Below, piece by piece: positions 8,834-18,191 of a stretch of DNA of 64,000 nt. The stretch spans positions 1-64,000 of the IMG/VR virus record IMGVR_UViG_3300017605_000678; one strand, given 5' to 3'. The notes beneath the pieces are model-generated. The model did no database searches, was not told the DNA's origin, and saw nothing but the letters and a program-made list of their open reading frames with translations. Position 1 is the stretch's first letter, and every line of letters begins with the position of its first letter. Source of the stretch: a virus. The translations under genes were made by a program, and so were the position numbers.

Positions 8834-9442
8834 TCACTTCTTTTCGGCGGCGTAGAGGCCGGTGATGAATGCGCCGATTCCCTGGGCCACAATGGCCAGG
8901 ACGGCCACGATCTCCAGGATCGGCTGCTCCGCCAAAGGCTTTGCTGCAAAGATCGCCGCGGCCAGCATGAGGCCGCCCATGAGCGACAAGGATCCCCCCA
9001 TGGTGGTCCGCCAAGCCCGTTGGCGCAGGCCGTCGGAGAAGCCGCGCCCATACGTCGCTTTGTGGGCGCGAATCATGTTGAAGACCGCGTCATTGTCTGA
9101 ACTCGTGAAAGGTTTTTCAACGAATCCATGCGCGCCGGCCGCTACTGCTTTATCGCTCATGCATTGACCTTCCCGGCCCCTGTCGGAGCCGCTAACCGCT
9201 ATGACCACCATGCCTGGGCGCCGCTCCGTCAAATAACGGATCAAGTCGAGACCGCCCATGTCGGGCAAGTCCAGGTCTATGATCGCCGCGTCGAAATTCG
9301 CCTCGCGAACGGCCTCGAGCGCTTTCTTGCCGCTCTTCCGAACATCGACGAAGCAGGCCTTGTCCTTTCCGCCGTTCGTCAATTTTCGTTCCAGCACGTA
9401 TGAGTCGTTCACGTCGCCTTCGACGACCAGGATCGAAGTCAT
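8834..9442 (-). CDS. Response-regulator receiver (REC) domain fused to C-terminal two-TM holin-like segment
   Basis: ILVVEGD, AIIDLDLPDMGGLDL, IAVSG, GFVEKPF; then WRTTMGG plus two hydrophobic helices ending GLYAAEKK. Confidence 0.85.
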   Translation of the reverse strand: MTSILVVEGDVNDSYVLERKLTNGGKDKACFVDVRKSGKKALEAVREANFDAAIIDLDLPDMGGLDLIRYLTERRPGMVVIAVSGSDRGREGQCMSDKAVAAGAHGFVEKPFTSSDNDAVFNMIRAHKATYGRGFSDGLRQRAWRTTMGGSLSLMGGLMLAAAIFAAKPLAEQPILEIVAVLAIVAQGIGAFITGLYAAEKK

Positions 9443-10012
9443 TCACGCCCTTCTGAGTTTGACGACCCCGCCCTTTGCTGAGGTCGGCTGCGAGTACTTC
9501 CACAGCGCATTCTGAACTGTGCGCGGAACCACTGGCAGCGGATCGCCCCCGCTTGCGAACTCAACCTTGACCGCCCCGGTCAACTCGACGGACTTCAGCC
9601 CGCCCTCGGCGCCGCTGGCGTCGACCGTGCGGTCCCCCTCGAGCAGGCGCATGGCCAGCTCGCACGCCGCGTCGACCACGGCCTTCGGAACCTTGTTCTC
9701 CGGCAAGTATGCTCCCTGCAGCCCGGTGCCGGCGGAGTAAATGCTCCGCTCGTCTGAATCCGGATCAGGACACTGATAGCGCGGCCACTGCAGCCCTTGG
9801 CTTTGGCTTTGCTTGTAACCGTAGAATTGAAACTCCGAATCGATCAGGCGCGACGCCTGGACGAGCGCGGCCGTCTTTTGCGTGCTGTTGGCCGCTGTCC
9901 ACTTCGTGGAATACAGATTGGCATCCGCGAAGGCGTCGCCGTCGGCCACGCTCGCGTAACTGTTCGCGTTCGGGTTGGCCGATCCGTCTTCTTTGATCAG
10001 TGTCAGCGCCAT
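9443..10012 (-). CDS. Head-tail adaptor (DnaT-like family)
   Basis: LIKEDGS..NANSYASVA, QGLQWPR, AACELA motifs. Confidence 0.85.
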   Translation of the reverse strand: MALTLIKEDGSANPNANSYASVADGDAFADANLYSTKWTAANSTQKTAALVQASRLIDSEFQFYGYKQSQSQGLQWPRYQCPDPDSDERSIYSAGTGLQGAYLPENKVPKAVVDAACELAMRLLEGDRTVDASGAEGGLKSVELTGAVKVEFASGGDPLPVVPRTVQNALWKYSQPTSAKGGVVKLRRA

Positions 10013-10015
10013 TTG

Positions 10016-10615
10016 TCAGGGCACGAAGTAAGTTATCTGTTTCGGCGTAATGCAAAAAGTCTCGCCGTAGTCGTTGACGGCCGAGATGACGACCCGGTAG
10101 TTGCCGGGCAGCACGCCGGTCAGATTCAAACCCGTCGTGAGCGTGCCGTCGAGGTCGATCGTCGGATCAAACGGATTCAGCTGGACCAGCTCCAGCGGAA
10201 CGCCGGGCGCGCTCGAGCCCGCGTAAACGTAAATGAACGTCGGCTTTTGAAACGGGTTGCCGTAGTCCTTGATCGTGTAGCCAATCGAGAGCACGCCGCC
10301 CGCAATGAACTTCGCAAACATGCCCTCGGGCGGGTGCGGCGCCAGCTTCAGGTGTTGCGGCGCCTGGGGCGGGCCCTTGCGGTGAACGTCGGCAATGACC
10401 TCCCGGATCCCCTGCTCAATCCATCCTTGCATGGCCAGAAAGATCAGTAAACAGAGCGCGAACCGGAACGGGCCCGGCGGGCGGTAGCCTTGGGGCGTTT
10501 GGTTCCCACAGTCCGGACCGATTTCTTGGTCTTCTTTTTTTTCTTGTTCATGGCGTTTTGGTTTTGTCTCCGGCCCCAGGAGCGGGATCGGCAGAATCGC
10601 GAAGGAGCGGAACAT
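10016..10615 (-). CDS. Hypothetical protein with FN3-like C-terminus (start uncertain, maybe 10432)
   Basis: YRVVISAVNDYGE resembles the FN3 terminal strand; possible TM segment. Confidence 0.5.
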   Translation of the reverse strand: MFRSFAILPIPLLGPETKPKRHEQEKKEDQEIGPDCGNQTPQGYRPPGPFRFALCLLIFLAMQGWIEQGIREVIADVHRKGPPQAPQHLKLAPHPPEGMFAKFIAGGVLSIGYTIKDYGNPFQKPTFIYVYAGSSAPGVPLELVQLNPFDPTIDLDGTLTTGLNLTGVLPGNYRVVISAVNDYGETFCITPKQITYFVP

Positions 10616-10919
10616 ACTTTTCTAGCCTCCACAAGACGGTGTTGTGAGCAGTCCAGGCGACGAAGGCAATACACAGCCCCCACATCGCGAGGATCACTTG
10701 CGGGTTGCGTTGCGTGGGATCGACCTTGCCGACGTCCCCGATCAGAAGGTTCAGTCCAGAGCCGGCGCCCAGGACGGCCAGCGGGATAAAGCGGTTTGGG
10801 AAGGCTGAGATCTTGAGCGCCCAGCCCAAGACGATCAGCACGAAAAAAAGCAGCACGGCCGATGGCCAACACTGCATTTGCTCAACGAAGGCGTGGACGA
10901 AGTCGGTGATGTCTTTCAT
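10548..10919 (-). CDS. Putative holin
   Basis: 123 aa, three hydrophobic segments, LK...PNRFIPL motif, charged C-terminus. Confidence 0.7.
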   Translation of the reverse strand: MKDITDFVHAFVEQMQCWPSAVLLFFVLIVLGWALKISAFPNRFIPLAVLGAGSGLNLLIGDVGKVDPTQRNPQVILAMWGLCIAFVAWTAHNTVLWRLEKYVPLLRDSADPAPGAGDKTKTP

Positions 10920-12970
10920 GGATGAGCAATGATCCCTTGGCTGCGCCCGCTCTTTCCGCGAAAGCGAACCTCAGCCGGCGGAGGAGGATTGGGCGGAGCG
11001 GTCACGCCGGCGGCGTCGTCTCGGCCCGGGAACGGATACGGAGGAACCGAAAGCACGCCCGGCGGGTTCACGAAATAAGTAATCCCTAGCTTTATGTAAT
11101 CCGAGTCGACCAGTCCACCCACGCCCTCGGAACCGCCGCCGGTCCCTCCGATCAGCGGGTCGATCGTGATCCCGTTGACCGTGTTTCGGAAATGATAACT
11201 GTTCGTATGGATCTCGGCTCCGCCGTTCTGGAAATACTGGCCTTCGTCCTGATTGGCGATCCGCAGCTGGGTGCTCCGCGTCGCGTCGCCCCCAATGAGT
11301 CCAGTCACCACGTTGCTATAACAGAGAGCCGTCCCGCCGCGCTGATCGAGCAGCCAGCTCCAGGAGGCCCCGGAAGAAAAGTTCCATTGATTGCTCGCCA
11401 GGATCGTCCCGATCACGCCGCGCGTTCCAGTCGTTGGCCCGTGCTCGTCGGCGATCGGTCCCACGTCCAGCCCGGAGCCAGTGAAGTCCCCGCGGCAATG
11501 GCGGATCATCCAGATTCCGCCCTGCTCTGAACTCACGATCACGGCGATTGGATTGACCGCGACGTTCGCCGAGACAATGCAGTCCTCCAACACCACGAAG
11601 TTGGTCGAACTCGACACAAAAGGGTAGTAGCTCGTGTAATGCTGGCCATCCGTTGCCGCGTCTCCCTGGGCTCGGAAAGCGTAATCCCCGTTGGCAAAAG
11701 AGGATTTATAGATCACGCCGAACGGCCCCTTGCAATAGACCATCCCGTTAATGAATTGGCAGTTGTGGATCCTGAACCAGTCGCCTCCGGGCGCCATGTT
11801 CAAGTGAACATTATGAATGCTCCCGTCCGCGTGATTGTCAGAAGTTCCAACGAAGCGCACGCCGTCGAACTCGATCGCAGGCGCGCTGATCGTGCTTTGG
11901 CTCACCACGCCGTCTCCAGTAGTCGTGATCGTCGTGAAGTTTGTCCCGCGCGGCGCCGAGATGTGAAGGAGCGACTTATTGAACGTCACCCCGCTGCTCC
12001 AGGTCGCGCTGCCGGCCGGCAGCCAGATCGTTTCTCCGCCCGCGGTCGCCGCCGTCACTGCTGCTTGCACGTCTGCGGTTGCCAGCGAGGCGGCGCGCCA
12101 GATCGAGCCAGGGAACATCGGGAAGTTTGCGCCCGTGTCGTCAATCACGACGTTGTCGATCCAGTGGAAAGAGTTTGGCGGCGCCAGCTGGTGCGCGTCA
12201 TAGCGGCCGATTGTCAGATCCGCACAAGTCACGTTCGCGATCTGGAGAGTCACGCGCGACCCAATAATGGTCCAGGTCGAGGGCTCCCAAACTTCCATAC
12301 TGGCCGTGAGCGCGGCCTTGTCCCAAAGGCAAGTTACCCAGTAAAGGTGGTCCCGAGCCAGCACTCCGACCGTTGAAGTGAGACTTGGGCCGTTGCCGCC
12401 CACTTCAAGGTTGACCTCGATTCCTCCTGAGATGTTGTAAAACTGGAAGCCGGCATACTGGCCGCCCCCGGTCACTTCCTCAGCGAACACCAGATCGTAA
12501 GACTGTCCGTCCGGGCTCCAGTTCCCGACCTTCACGTAAAAGCCCCAGCTGACCTTGGCCTTTGCTCCGCCATTGAAAGAGTATTGCATGGTCTCTTCCG
12601 TCTGCCCCGTGTTCGCGCAGCATGTAGAATCGTCCATCTTGAGCGACCGCTTTGATCCGTCGTCGAGCACGAGCGTTCCGTTGGGCAGCCGCGTGCGCCA
12701 CATCCGCGCCGCGATCGGGTTGTCTAGCGTCATGTGACCGCCGTGCGTCGCCCGCTTGAGCGTCCAGGTACCGGCCGCGCTGCTCTGGGTGAATCCGTCC
12801 CAGATCTGGGCGGCCGTCGGCGTGCCGGAAGTCGGATCGACCACGTCGCCGACGTTTCCATTTTCGAAGCGGATCACGGTCTGAATTCGCGCGCTCGAAT
12901 TAAGCGGAGCGGCCGCACGGACGGAGCCGGCGGCCAGGAGGAGAGCCAGGAGGGCAAAAAGGATCTTCAT
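10916..12970 (-). CDS. Signal-peptide protein with LamG-like and beta-helix (pectin-lyase-like) regions
   Basis: MKILFALLALLLAAGSVRA/AAP; WIDNVVI ends a ConA/LamG-like region; DVQAAVTAATAGGETIWLPAGSATW starts a beta-helix. Confidence 0.7.
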   Translation of the reverse strand: MKILFALLALLLAAGSVRAAAPLNSSARIQTVIRFENGNVGDVVDPTSGTPTAAQIWDGFTQSSAAGTWTLKRATHGGHMTLDNPIAARMWRTRLPNGTLVLDDGSKRSLKMDDSTCCANTGQTEETMQYSFNGGAKAKVSWGFYVKVGNWSPDGQSYDLVFAEEVTGGGQYAGFQFYNISGGIEVNLEVGGNGPSLTSTVGVLARDHLYWVTCLWDKAALTASMEVWEPSTWTIIGSRVTLQIANVTCADLTIGRYDAHQLAPPNSFHWIDNVVIDDTGANFPMFPGSIWRAASLATADVQAAVTAATAGGETIWLPAGSATWSSGVTFNKSLLHISAPRGTNFTTITTTGDGVVSQSTISAPAIEFDGVRFVGTSDNHADGSIHNVHLNMAPGGDWFRIHNCQFINGMVYCKGPFGVIYKSSFANGDYAFRAQGDAATDGQHYTSYYPFVSSSTNFVVLEDCIVSANVAVNPIAVIVSSEQGGIWMIRHCRGDFTGSGLDVGPIADEHGPTTGTRGVIGTILASNQWNFSSGASWSWLLDQRGGTALCYSNVVTGLIGGDATRSTQLRIANQDEGQYFQNGGAEIHTNSYHFRNTVNGITIDPLIGGTGGGSEGVGGLVDSDYIKLGITYFVNPPGVLSVPPYPFPGRDDAAGVTAPPNPPPPAEVRFRGKSGRSQGIIAHP

Positions 12971-13563
12971 TTCCGGAAAAGTAGAAAAGGCGAGAGCGGT
13001 CTTGGCTCCTGGGGCTTCATGTAGCGCATTGGCTCAACGGGGTGCGGCGCCCAGGCGAGTGTTACGGTCCCGGTCGGGCCGGCGCCCACGAGGATCAGGT
13101 CGGCCTTCGTCCAGTCCGTCACGCTGCGCGAGACGAGCGCCACGCCCGGCACTGGCACGGTGATCGCGCCCAGCTGGACGGCCCGAGGCGCCACGGGCTC
13201 GGGCGCCACTTGGAAGAGGACCCAATTGGTCAACGGCGATTCCTGGACCGCGTTCGTGCTCGTCACGGTGATCCAGTGACTCGATGCCAAGTCCCAATTG
13301 GTCAGCGTCACGCCAAGCGATTGGAAGACAAAACCGCCATTCGTGAACGTCTGGATGTTCGTCGAGGCAATGGCCCGCAGGAACACGCCCGAAACGGCGT
13401 TGCTCTCGTAAACCGTGTAGCCCGTCGGCACCATGATCCCGGGCCCGCGCGGGGGCGCGTTCCAATACAGGATCAGCTGGCCAGGGACGGGCGCGGCCGC
13501 CGTCGTGAGGAGGAGGGTTTGCGCGAGTCCAACGACGGCCACGCCGAAGAGTTTCTTGATCAT
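12967..13563 (-). CDS. Signal-peptide protein with FN3-like domain
   Basis: Start MIKKLFGVAVVGLAQTLLLTTAAA (ATGA overlap); LYWNAPP...TGYTVY...VTSTN..QES. Confidence 0.65.
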   Translation of the reverse strand: MIKKLFGVAVVGLAQTLLLTTAAAPVPGQLILYWNAPPRGPGIMVPTGYTVYESNAVSGVFLRAIASTNIQTFTNGGFVFQSLGVTLTNWDLASSHWITVTSTNAVQESPLTNWVLFQVAPEPVAPRAVQLGAITVPVPGVALVSRSVTDWTKADLILVGAGPTGTVTLAWAPHPVEPMRYMKPQEPRPLSPFLLFRK

Positions 13564-14339
13564 GATGGGTTGCTCCCGAGGTCGCCCGTGTTGCCCAGGC
13601 GGATCTTGTCGTAAACGATCTTCCCGCTGCCAGAGTTTCCGAACGCGTCGAGGATCTCGATCTTGTCGATCGTTCGCTGCCCCGTGCCCGTCGCCGCCTT
13701 GGCGTGGTTGTTCGAGCCGTCCGCCGGCTTGGTCGCGCTCGTGTTGAACCAAATCTCGGAAATGTCCTCGCCCGCATTGGCGCCTTGCTTGTAGTGGAAC
13801 CAAAGATGGTAGGTCGTGTCCGGCGAGACCGTCGCTACTGTCGAAACGAGCGGGCTCCCGCCGTCTCCGTACACGCGAAAAAGGTTCCCGTTCAGATCCA
13901 CCGTGAAAGCCGGGTTTCCGCTGGAGTCGAGCAGCTCGAGCAAGGTCGTTCCGCCGTCCGCAATGGTCACGAAGCGGATCATCATGTAACCCCAGACTTC
14001 CGGATTGTTGCCGAGGCTGCTCTTCGTGACGATCGAGTTATTCGCAGCCGGCATGCTCAAACTTTGGCTGCCAGCCAGCGGCGCCGGCGCCGCCGTGTCG
14101 TCCCAATTGGCCGCTCCGGCATCCAGCGTCCAGCCGCTGGGCGTGCCCGTGCCCTCGGCGTCCTCGCTCACGAGGTTTGCCGTCCCGTTGCCGCCGCCTC
14201 CGCCCGTGGGCGCGGCGCCTGGGCTCGGCAAGAGACGATTGATAAAGAGGCCGCCCGATCCCGCGGCAGCTCCGCGCACGCGCTGGAGAGGAACGAGCGC
14301 AAAAGCCAAGAGAAGGGCGGCGAAAAGTAGGCGATTCAT
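13560..14339 (-). CDS. Signal-peptide LamG/ConA-like protein
   Basis: MNRLLFAALLLAFALVPLQRVRG; TTYHLWFHY, IVYDKIRLG. Confidence 0.65.
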   Translation of the reverse strand: MNRLLFAALLLAFALVPLQRVRGAAAGSGGLFINRLLPSPGAAPTGGGGGNGTANLVSEDAEGTGTPSGWTLDAGAANWDDTAAPAPLAGSQSLSMPAANNSIVTKSSLGNNPEVWGYMMIRFVTIADGGTTLLELLDSSGNPAFTVDLNGNLFRVYGDGGSPLVSTVATVSPDTTYHLWFHYKQGANAGEDISEIWFNTSATKPADGSNNHAKAATGTGQRTIDKIEILDAFGNSGSGKIVYDKIRLGNTGDLGSNPS

Positions 14340-14343
14340 ACGA

Positions 14344-17300
14344 TCAGAATTTTCGGACTTCGACCTTGAAGGTTCCACTGGCCGGATTCTGTGACGCGGC
14401 CACCGGGATGAAGCGTACCCAGACAAAATCGTTGCTCGCCCAGGCCATATACGACCCAAGGATCGGCATCACGGCCACGGGCGGAACGCCGAGCACGACC
14501 GGATCCCCGGGCAGAGCGCCAGTGACGGCGATCGATAGATCGGCCACAGCTCCGGAGCTTGTGATCGGGAAGTCGAGCGCCGCGGAGGCCGTCAAGTTGG
14601 TTGTGGTCAGCAGCAGGGTTGCCGAGGCCGTCGCCGTGTTTGTCACGATCGCCAGCCCAGGATTCACTTGCAGCGCCAAGTCCGGGATCGCCTCCTCCCA
14701 GGCGTTGGTCCACGTTCCGCGCTTGACGAAATGGTAGCGGCTGACCGCGTTCGTGGGAACGAGCGCTTGCGTGAGCGGATGATTGATCCAGGAGGCCGCC
14801 GCGATCGGCTGCCAGACAACGGCGTTCTGCCCGCTGTTCGTGATTTCAAGGGTTACGTCCACGTTGGGCGAAAAGTTGGTCAGGACGATCGTCGTATTGG
14901 CCGAAATGGCGATTGAGTAAAAGTTGTTCGTGCCGTTCAGCTGAACGACGTTCGCATCGTTCTGCGGCGTGACGACCTTGTTACTGATCGCGCCGTCGGC
15001 GAAGAACCAGCCCTCGTTGAAAATGTTAGTGACCAGCGCATTGGCCTTGATGTTCGTTTGGCTGCCGCTGGCGTCGAACTGGTTCAAGTTGAACGGACCG
15101 CCGCCACCGCCGCCTCCGCCGCTGCTGGCAATTGTCGCCGTGCCCGCGGCCGTGTTAGTCGTGATCGTGATGTTCGGTCCGGCCACGAGCGCCAGACTCG
15201 GAGTCGCCTCTTCCCAGGCATTGGTCCACGTCCCACGCTTCACGAAGTGATAAAAGCTGGTCGCGTTCGTAGGAACGCTTGCCTGCGCGTTCGGATGAGT
15301 CACCCAGGAGGAGGCGCCGATCGGCTGCCACGTCACGACAAATTGCCCTGAATTTGTGATCTCCAGGTAGAGATCTACGTTTGGCGACAGATTGGTCAGG
15401 ACGATCGTCGCGTCGGCTCCCAGCACGATCCGCCAGTTCTGATTCGTCCCATTGACCTGATACACGCTCCCGTTGAGCGTCGGCAGAAAGAGAGAATTGC
15501 TCAGCGCGCCGTCGAGCGTGATGAATCCGGCATTGTGAATGTTCGTGAGCAGCGGGCCGTTGCGGATGTTGGTCAAGCTGCCGGATCCGTCGAAGACGTC
15601 GGTATTGAACGAGCCCCCGCCGCCTCCGCCTCCGCCCGTGGCCCACTTAATGCCGGCCGGTTGCGTTGAGTCCGCTTGCAACGTCGTTCCATTGGCGCCC
15701 ACGGCCACGCGGACCAAATGCGCGCCGTCATAGGCGAAGAGGTCGCCCTTGGAAAGTCCGCTGAGGGCCGCCATGTCCTGCAGGATCATCGCGTCGGCGC
15801 TCATGTTCCAACCGTAAATCGTGCCGGACAGCTGCGCGAAGCGGAACCACGTAACATAGTTAGGCGTCTGATTCGCTTGGCCAGGATCGACTTGGTTCGT
15901 TGCCGTCACCCACTTGATCCCGCTCGGCCACGTCACGCTTCGGCCGCCCGTGCCGTCCTGGACGAGGAGAACATCGATCTGCTTGCCATTGCCGGCGTTG
16001 TTGAAAGTAAAGGTCGTGTTCACCCCAAGCGTTTTCGACCGCATGCTCGAGAGCGCCCAATCGATCGCAGTGCCCGAGATCGCCGCCTCTTGCCGATTGA
16101 TCGGCCCGGAGAAAGTCTGCTCGAGCGAGAAGTTGTTTGCAGCATCCTGATAGGCCGTCGCCGCCGCCACGTTCCCGCGGGCAAGGATCCCGCTCACGGC
16201 GTTTGCGCTCGAAAGATCGATCGCGCCCCATGCCAGGGCGGAGGCCGCTCGGCGCAGCACTTGACCGTCCGCGCTCGAGGACATGTCTCCAGGCACTCCG
16301 GTCGAATTGGCCGCCCGACCGATCACGGAGAGCGCCGCGGAGTTTCGCAGCTTCGTGTCCGTCACGACGCCGGTATCAATCGTAAAGATCGTTCCGGAAC
16401 TTGAAACCGTGATGTCTGTCTTGTCGCCGTCCGTGAGCGTGCCGGCGTTCACCCAGCTCACGTCCGCCCCCGTGCCGCCAGAGCGCAGCAGTTGGCCGAG
16501 CGTGCCCGGCCCCAGGGCGGTCCAGCCGGAGGCGCCGCGGAAGAGGACCGTGCCCTGGGCGCTCCCGGCCCAGTCGAGCAGCTGCGAGAGCGTGACCTCC
16601 TCAGTCACGCCGGCGGCCGCCGTGTTGCGGCCCAAGACGCGCTGGCTAGCCGAAATGTTCTGCAGCTTGGAATAGCTCACGACGCCCGGATCGATCACCC
16701 AGGTCGCCCCGCCGCCGCTGACCGTGATGTCGGTCTTGTCGCCGTCCGTCACTCCGGCGCCCGAGGCCCAGCTCGGGTCCGCGCCGGCGCCGCCCGTGCG
16801 CAGGAAGTTTCCAGCCGTGCCCGGCGCCAATGCCACCCAGCCACCCAGGCCGCGGTAGAGCACGCTTCCGCGCACGCTGGAAAGCCATTCCAGCAGCTGG
16901 CCAGGGTTGAGCGCCTCTGGCGGCCCGCTGCCGGCCGTCTGGCGCCCGAGGAACGTCTGGTTGGCAATGTTCGCGATCTTGCCCAGGCTCACGGCGCCGG
17001 CGTCAATCGTCCACGTCGCGCCGCCTCCTGAAACCGTTATGTCGGTCTTGTCGCCGTCCGTCACGGGCGAGACGGTCAAGGGCACAATGTTTGCCGAGGC
17101 GTCGAATCCAAGCACCTTGCCGGCGGCCCATGACGTCGCCGGCCAGTTGAAGAGCGTGGTCGGCGCAATCACAAACTGCTCGAAAATCTGCGCGTTCGTG
17201 AGGTTCACCCCGTTCTTGAGCGAGATCAGGCCCATAGTCGGTCCGAATCCAAGCGGAGAATAGAATTGGTCGGAGTTCAGCATTGTCCACTGGATCCCGA

Positions 17301-17907
17301 CCTCTGTGCCCTGCAAGAACCAACCGTTGTGGTTGGCCGGCGGGTCCAGAGTCTCCCAGACGACGCCGTCGGAGAACAGGACGGAGCCCGCGGGCGCCTT
17401 GGCCCCAGTGAGCGAGTAAATCATGTTTAGGATATCGGAGGCAGCGATTGCCTCAGGGGCGCCAGTGCCGACCGAATAGCGGCCGAGGATCGTATTGCGC
17501 GCTTGGCTTTGCATTTTGGCCAGCGTCACGGCCGAGTTATTGATCGTCCAGGTCGAGCCGCCTCCGCTGACCGTGATGTCGGTCTTGTTTCCGTCCGAGA
17601 CGCCGCCGCCGGTGCCCACCCCGCCGTGCGTTTCCCATCCGGTCGTCGTGGCCGTGCCGTTTGTCTTCACGAAGAGCGTTCCAGCGCCCACGCTATTGGT
17701 CCGGATCCAGATGTCGCCAACGGAGCCGCTGATCGCGCCCTCGGGCGCCACGTTGCCGGCTTGAATCGTCCCGGGCTTGCCCAGCTTGACCGAAAGGTTG
17801 GCGTCGGAGTTTGTCGTGTTCCGGTTCTTGAGGATGGGCGGCCCGAACTGGGCCGCGGCCGGAAAGCAGATCGAAAGGAGGAGCGCGAGGCGCAAGATCG
17901 TCTTCAT
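14344..17907 (-). CDS. Large repetitive fibre/adhesin-like protein with N-terminal signal peptide (~1187 aa)
   Basis: Start MKTILRLALLLSICFPAAA/Q after a GAACGAAATAAC leader; four DG(D/N)KTDITVS repeats; QDGTGGRSVTWP fibre motif; duplicated module ending HFVKRGTWTNAWEE. Confidence 0.75.
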   Translation of the reverse strand: MKTILRLALLLSICFPAAAQFGPPILKNRNTTNSDANLSVKLGKPGTIQAGNVAPEGAISGSVGDIWIRTNSVGAGTLFVKTNGTATTTGWETHGGVGTGGGVSDGNKTDITVSGGGSTWTINNSAVTLAKMQSQARNTILGRYSVGTGAPEAIAASDILNMIYSLTGAKAPAGSVLFSDGVVWETLDPPANHNGWFLQGTEVGIQWTMLNSDQFYSPLGFGPTMGLISLKNGVNLTNAQIFEQFVIAPTTLFNWPATSWAAGKVLGFDASANIVPLTVSPVTDGDKTDITVSGGGATWTIDAGAVSLGKIANIANQTFLGRQTAGSGPPEALNPGQLLEWLSSVRGSVLYRGLGGWVALAPGTAGNFLRTGGAGADPSWASGAGVTDGDKTDITVSGGGATWVIDPGVVSYSKLQNISASQRVLGRNTAAAGVTEEVTLSQLLDWAGSAQGTVLFRGASGWTALGPGTLGQLLRSGGTGADVSWVNAGTLTDGDKTDITVSSSGTIFTIDTGVVTDTKLRNSAALSVIGRAANSTGVPGDMSSSADGQVLRRAASALAWGAIDLSSANAVSGILARGNVAAATAYQDAANNFSLEQTFSGPINRQEAAISGTAIDWALSSMRSKTLGVNTTFTFNNAGNGKQIDVLLVQDGTGGRSVTWPSGIKWVTATNQVDPGQANQTPNYVTWFRFAQLSGTIYGWNMSADAMILQDMAALSGLSKGDLFAYDGAHLVRVAVGANGTTLQADSTQPAGIKWATGGGGGGGGSFNTDVFDGSGSLTNIRNGPLLTNIHNAGFITLDGALSNSLFLPTLNGSVYQVNGTNQNWRIVLGADATIVLTNLSPNVDLYLEITNSGQFVVTWQPIGASSWVTHPNAQASVPTNATSFYHFVKRGTWTNAWEEATPSLALVAGPNITITTNTAAGTATIASSGGGGGGGGPFNLNQFDASGSQTNIKANALVTNIFNEGWFFADGAISNKVVTPQNDANVVQLNGTNNFYSIAISANTTIVLTNFSPNVDVTLEITNSGQNAVVWQPIAAASWINHPLTQALVPTNAVSRYHFVKRGTWTNAWEEAIPDLALQVNPGLAIVTNTATASATLLLTTTNLTASAALDFPITSSGAVADLSIAVTGALPGDPVVLGVPPVAVMPILGSYMAWASNDFVWVRFIPVAASQNPASGTFKVEVRKF

Positions 17908-17968
17908 GTTATTTCGTTCGGCCGGTCCAGAGCGGAGCGCGCTCCCGGCCCAGCGCGCGCAAAAAGAA

Positions 17969-18172
17969 TTAAGCCTGCAAGACGAGGTTCCACCCCGTGT
18001 TCCCGGAACCGCCCGAAAACTTGAAGTAAAGGAACCCGGTCGCCGTGTCGCCGTACCACGATCCTTGCGCAGCAGCGACCACGCCCTCGGGCGCGCCCGA
18101 GCCAGTGAGATTGCTCCCGCTGCCCGTGATCGTCGTCCCGCCGGCGCCGGTCGTGCCATGCCGGATCATCAT
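17969..18172 (-). CDS. Small protein consisting of a fibre-associated GxPEG...GW module
   Basis: GSGAPEGVVAAAQGSWYGDTATGFLYFKFSGGSGNTGW. Confidence 0.6.
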   Translation of the reverse strand: MMIRHGTTGAGGTTITGSGSNLTGSGAPEGVVAAAQGSWYGDTATGFLYFKFSGGSGNTGWNLVLQA

Positions 18173-18191
18173 GGGGATCGACCGGCCGACT

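Noticed and set aside
14690-15640. Duplicated fibre module as DGR template/variable repeat
   Set aside because: No reverse transcriptase is in the window, both copies are in-frame coding, and differences are not confined to adenines.
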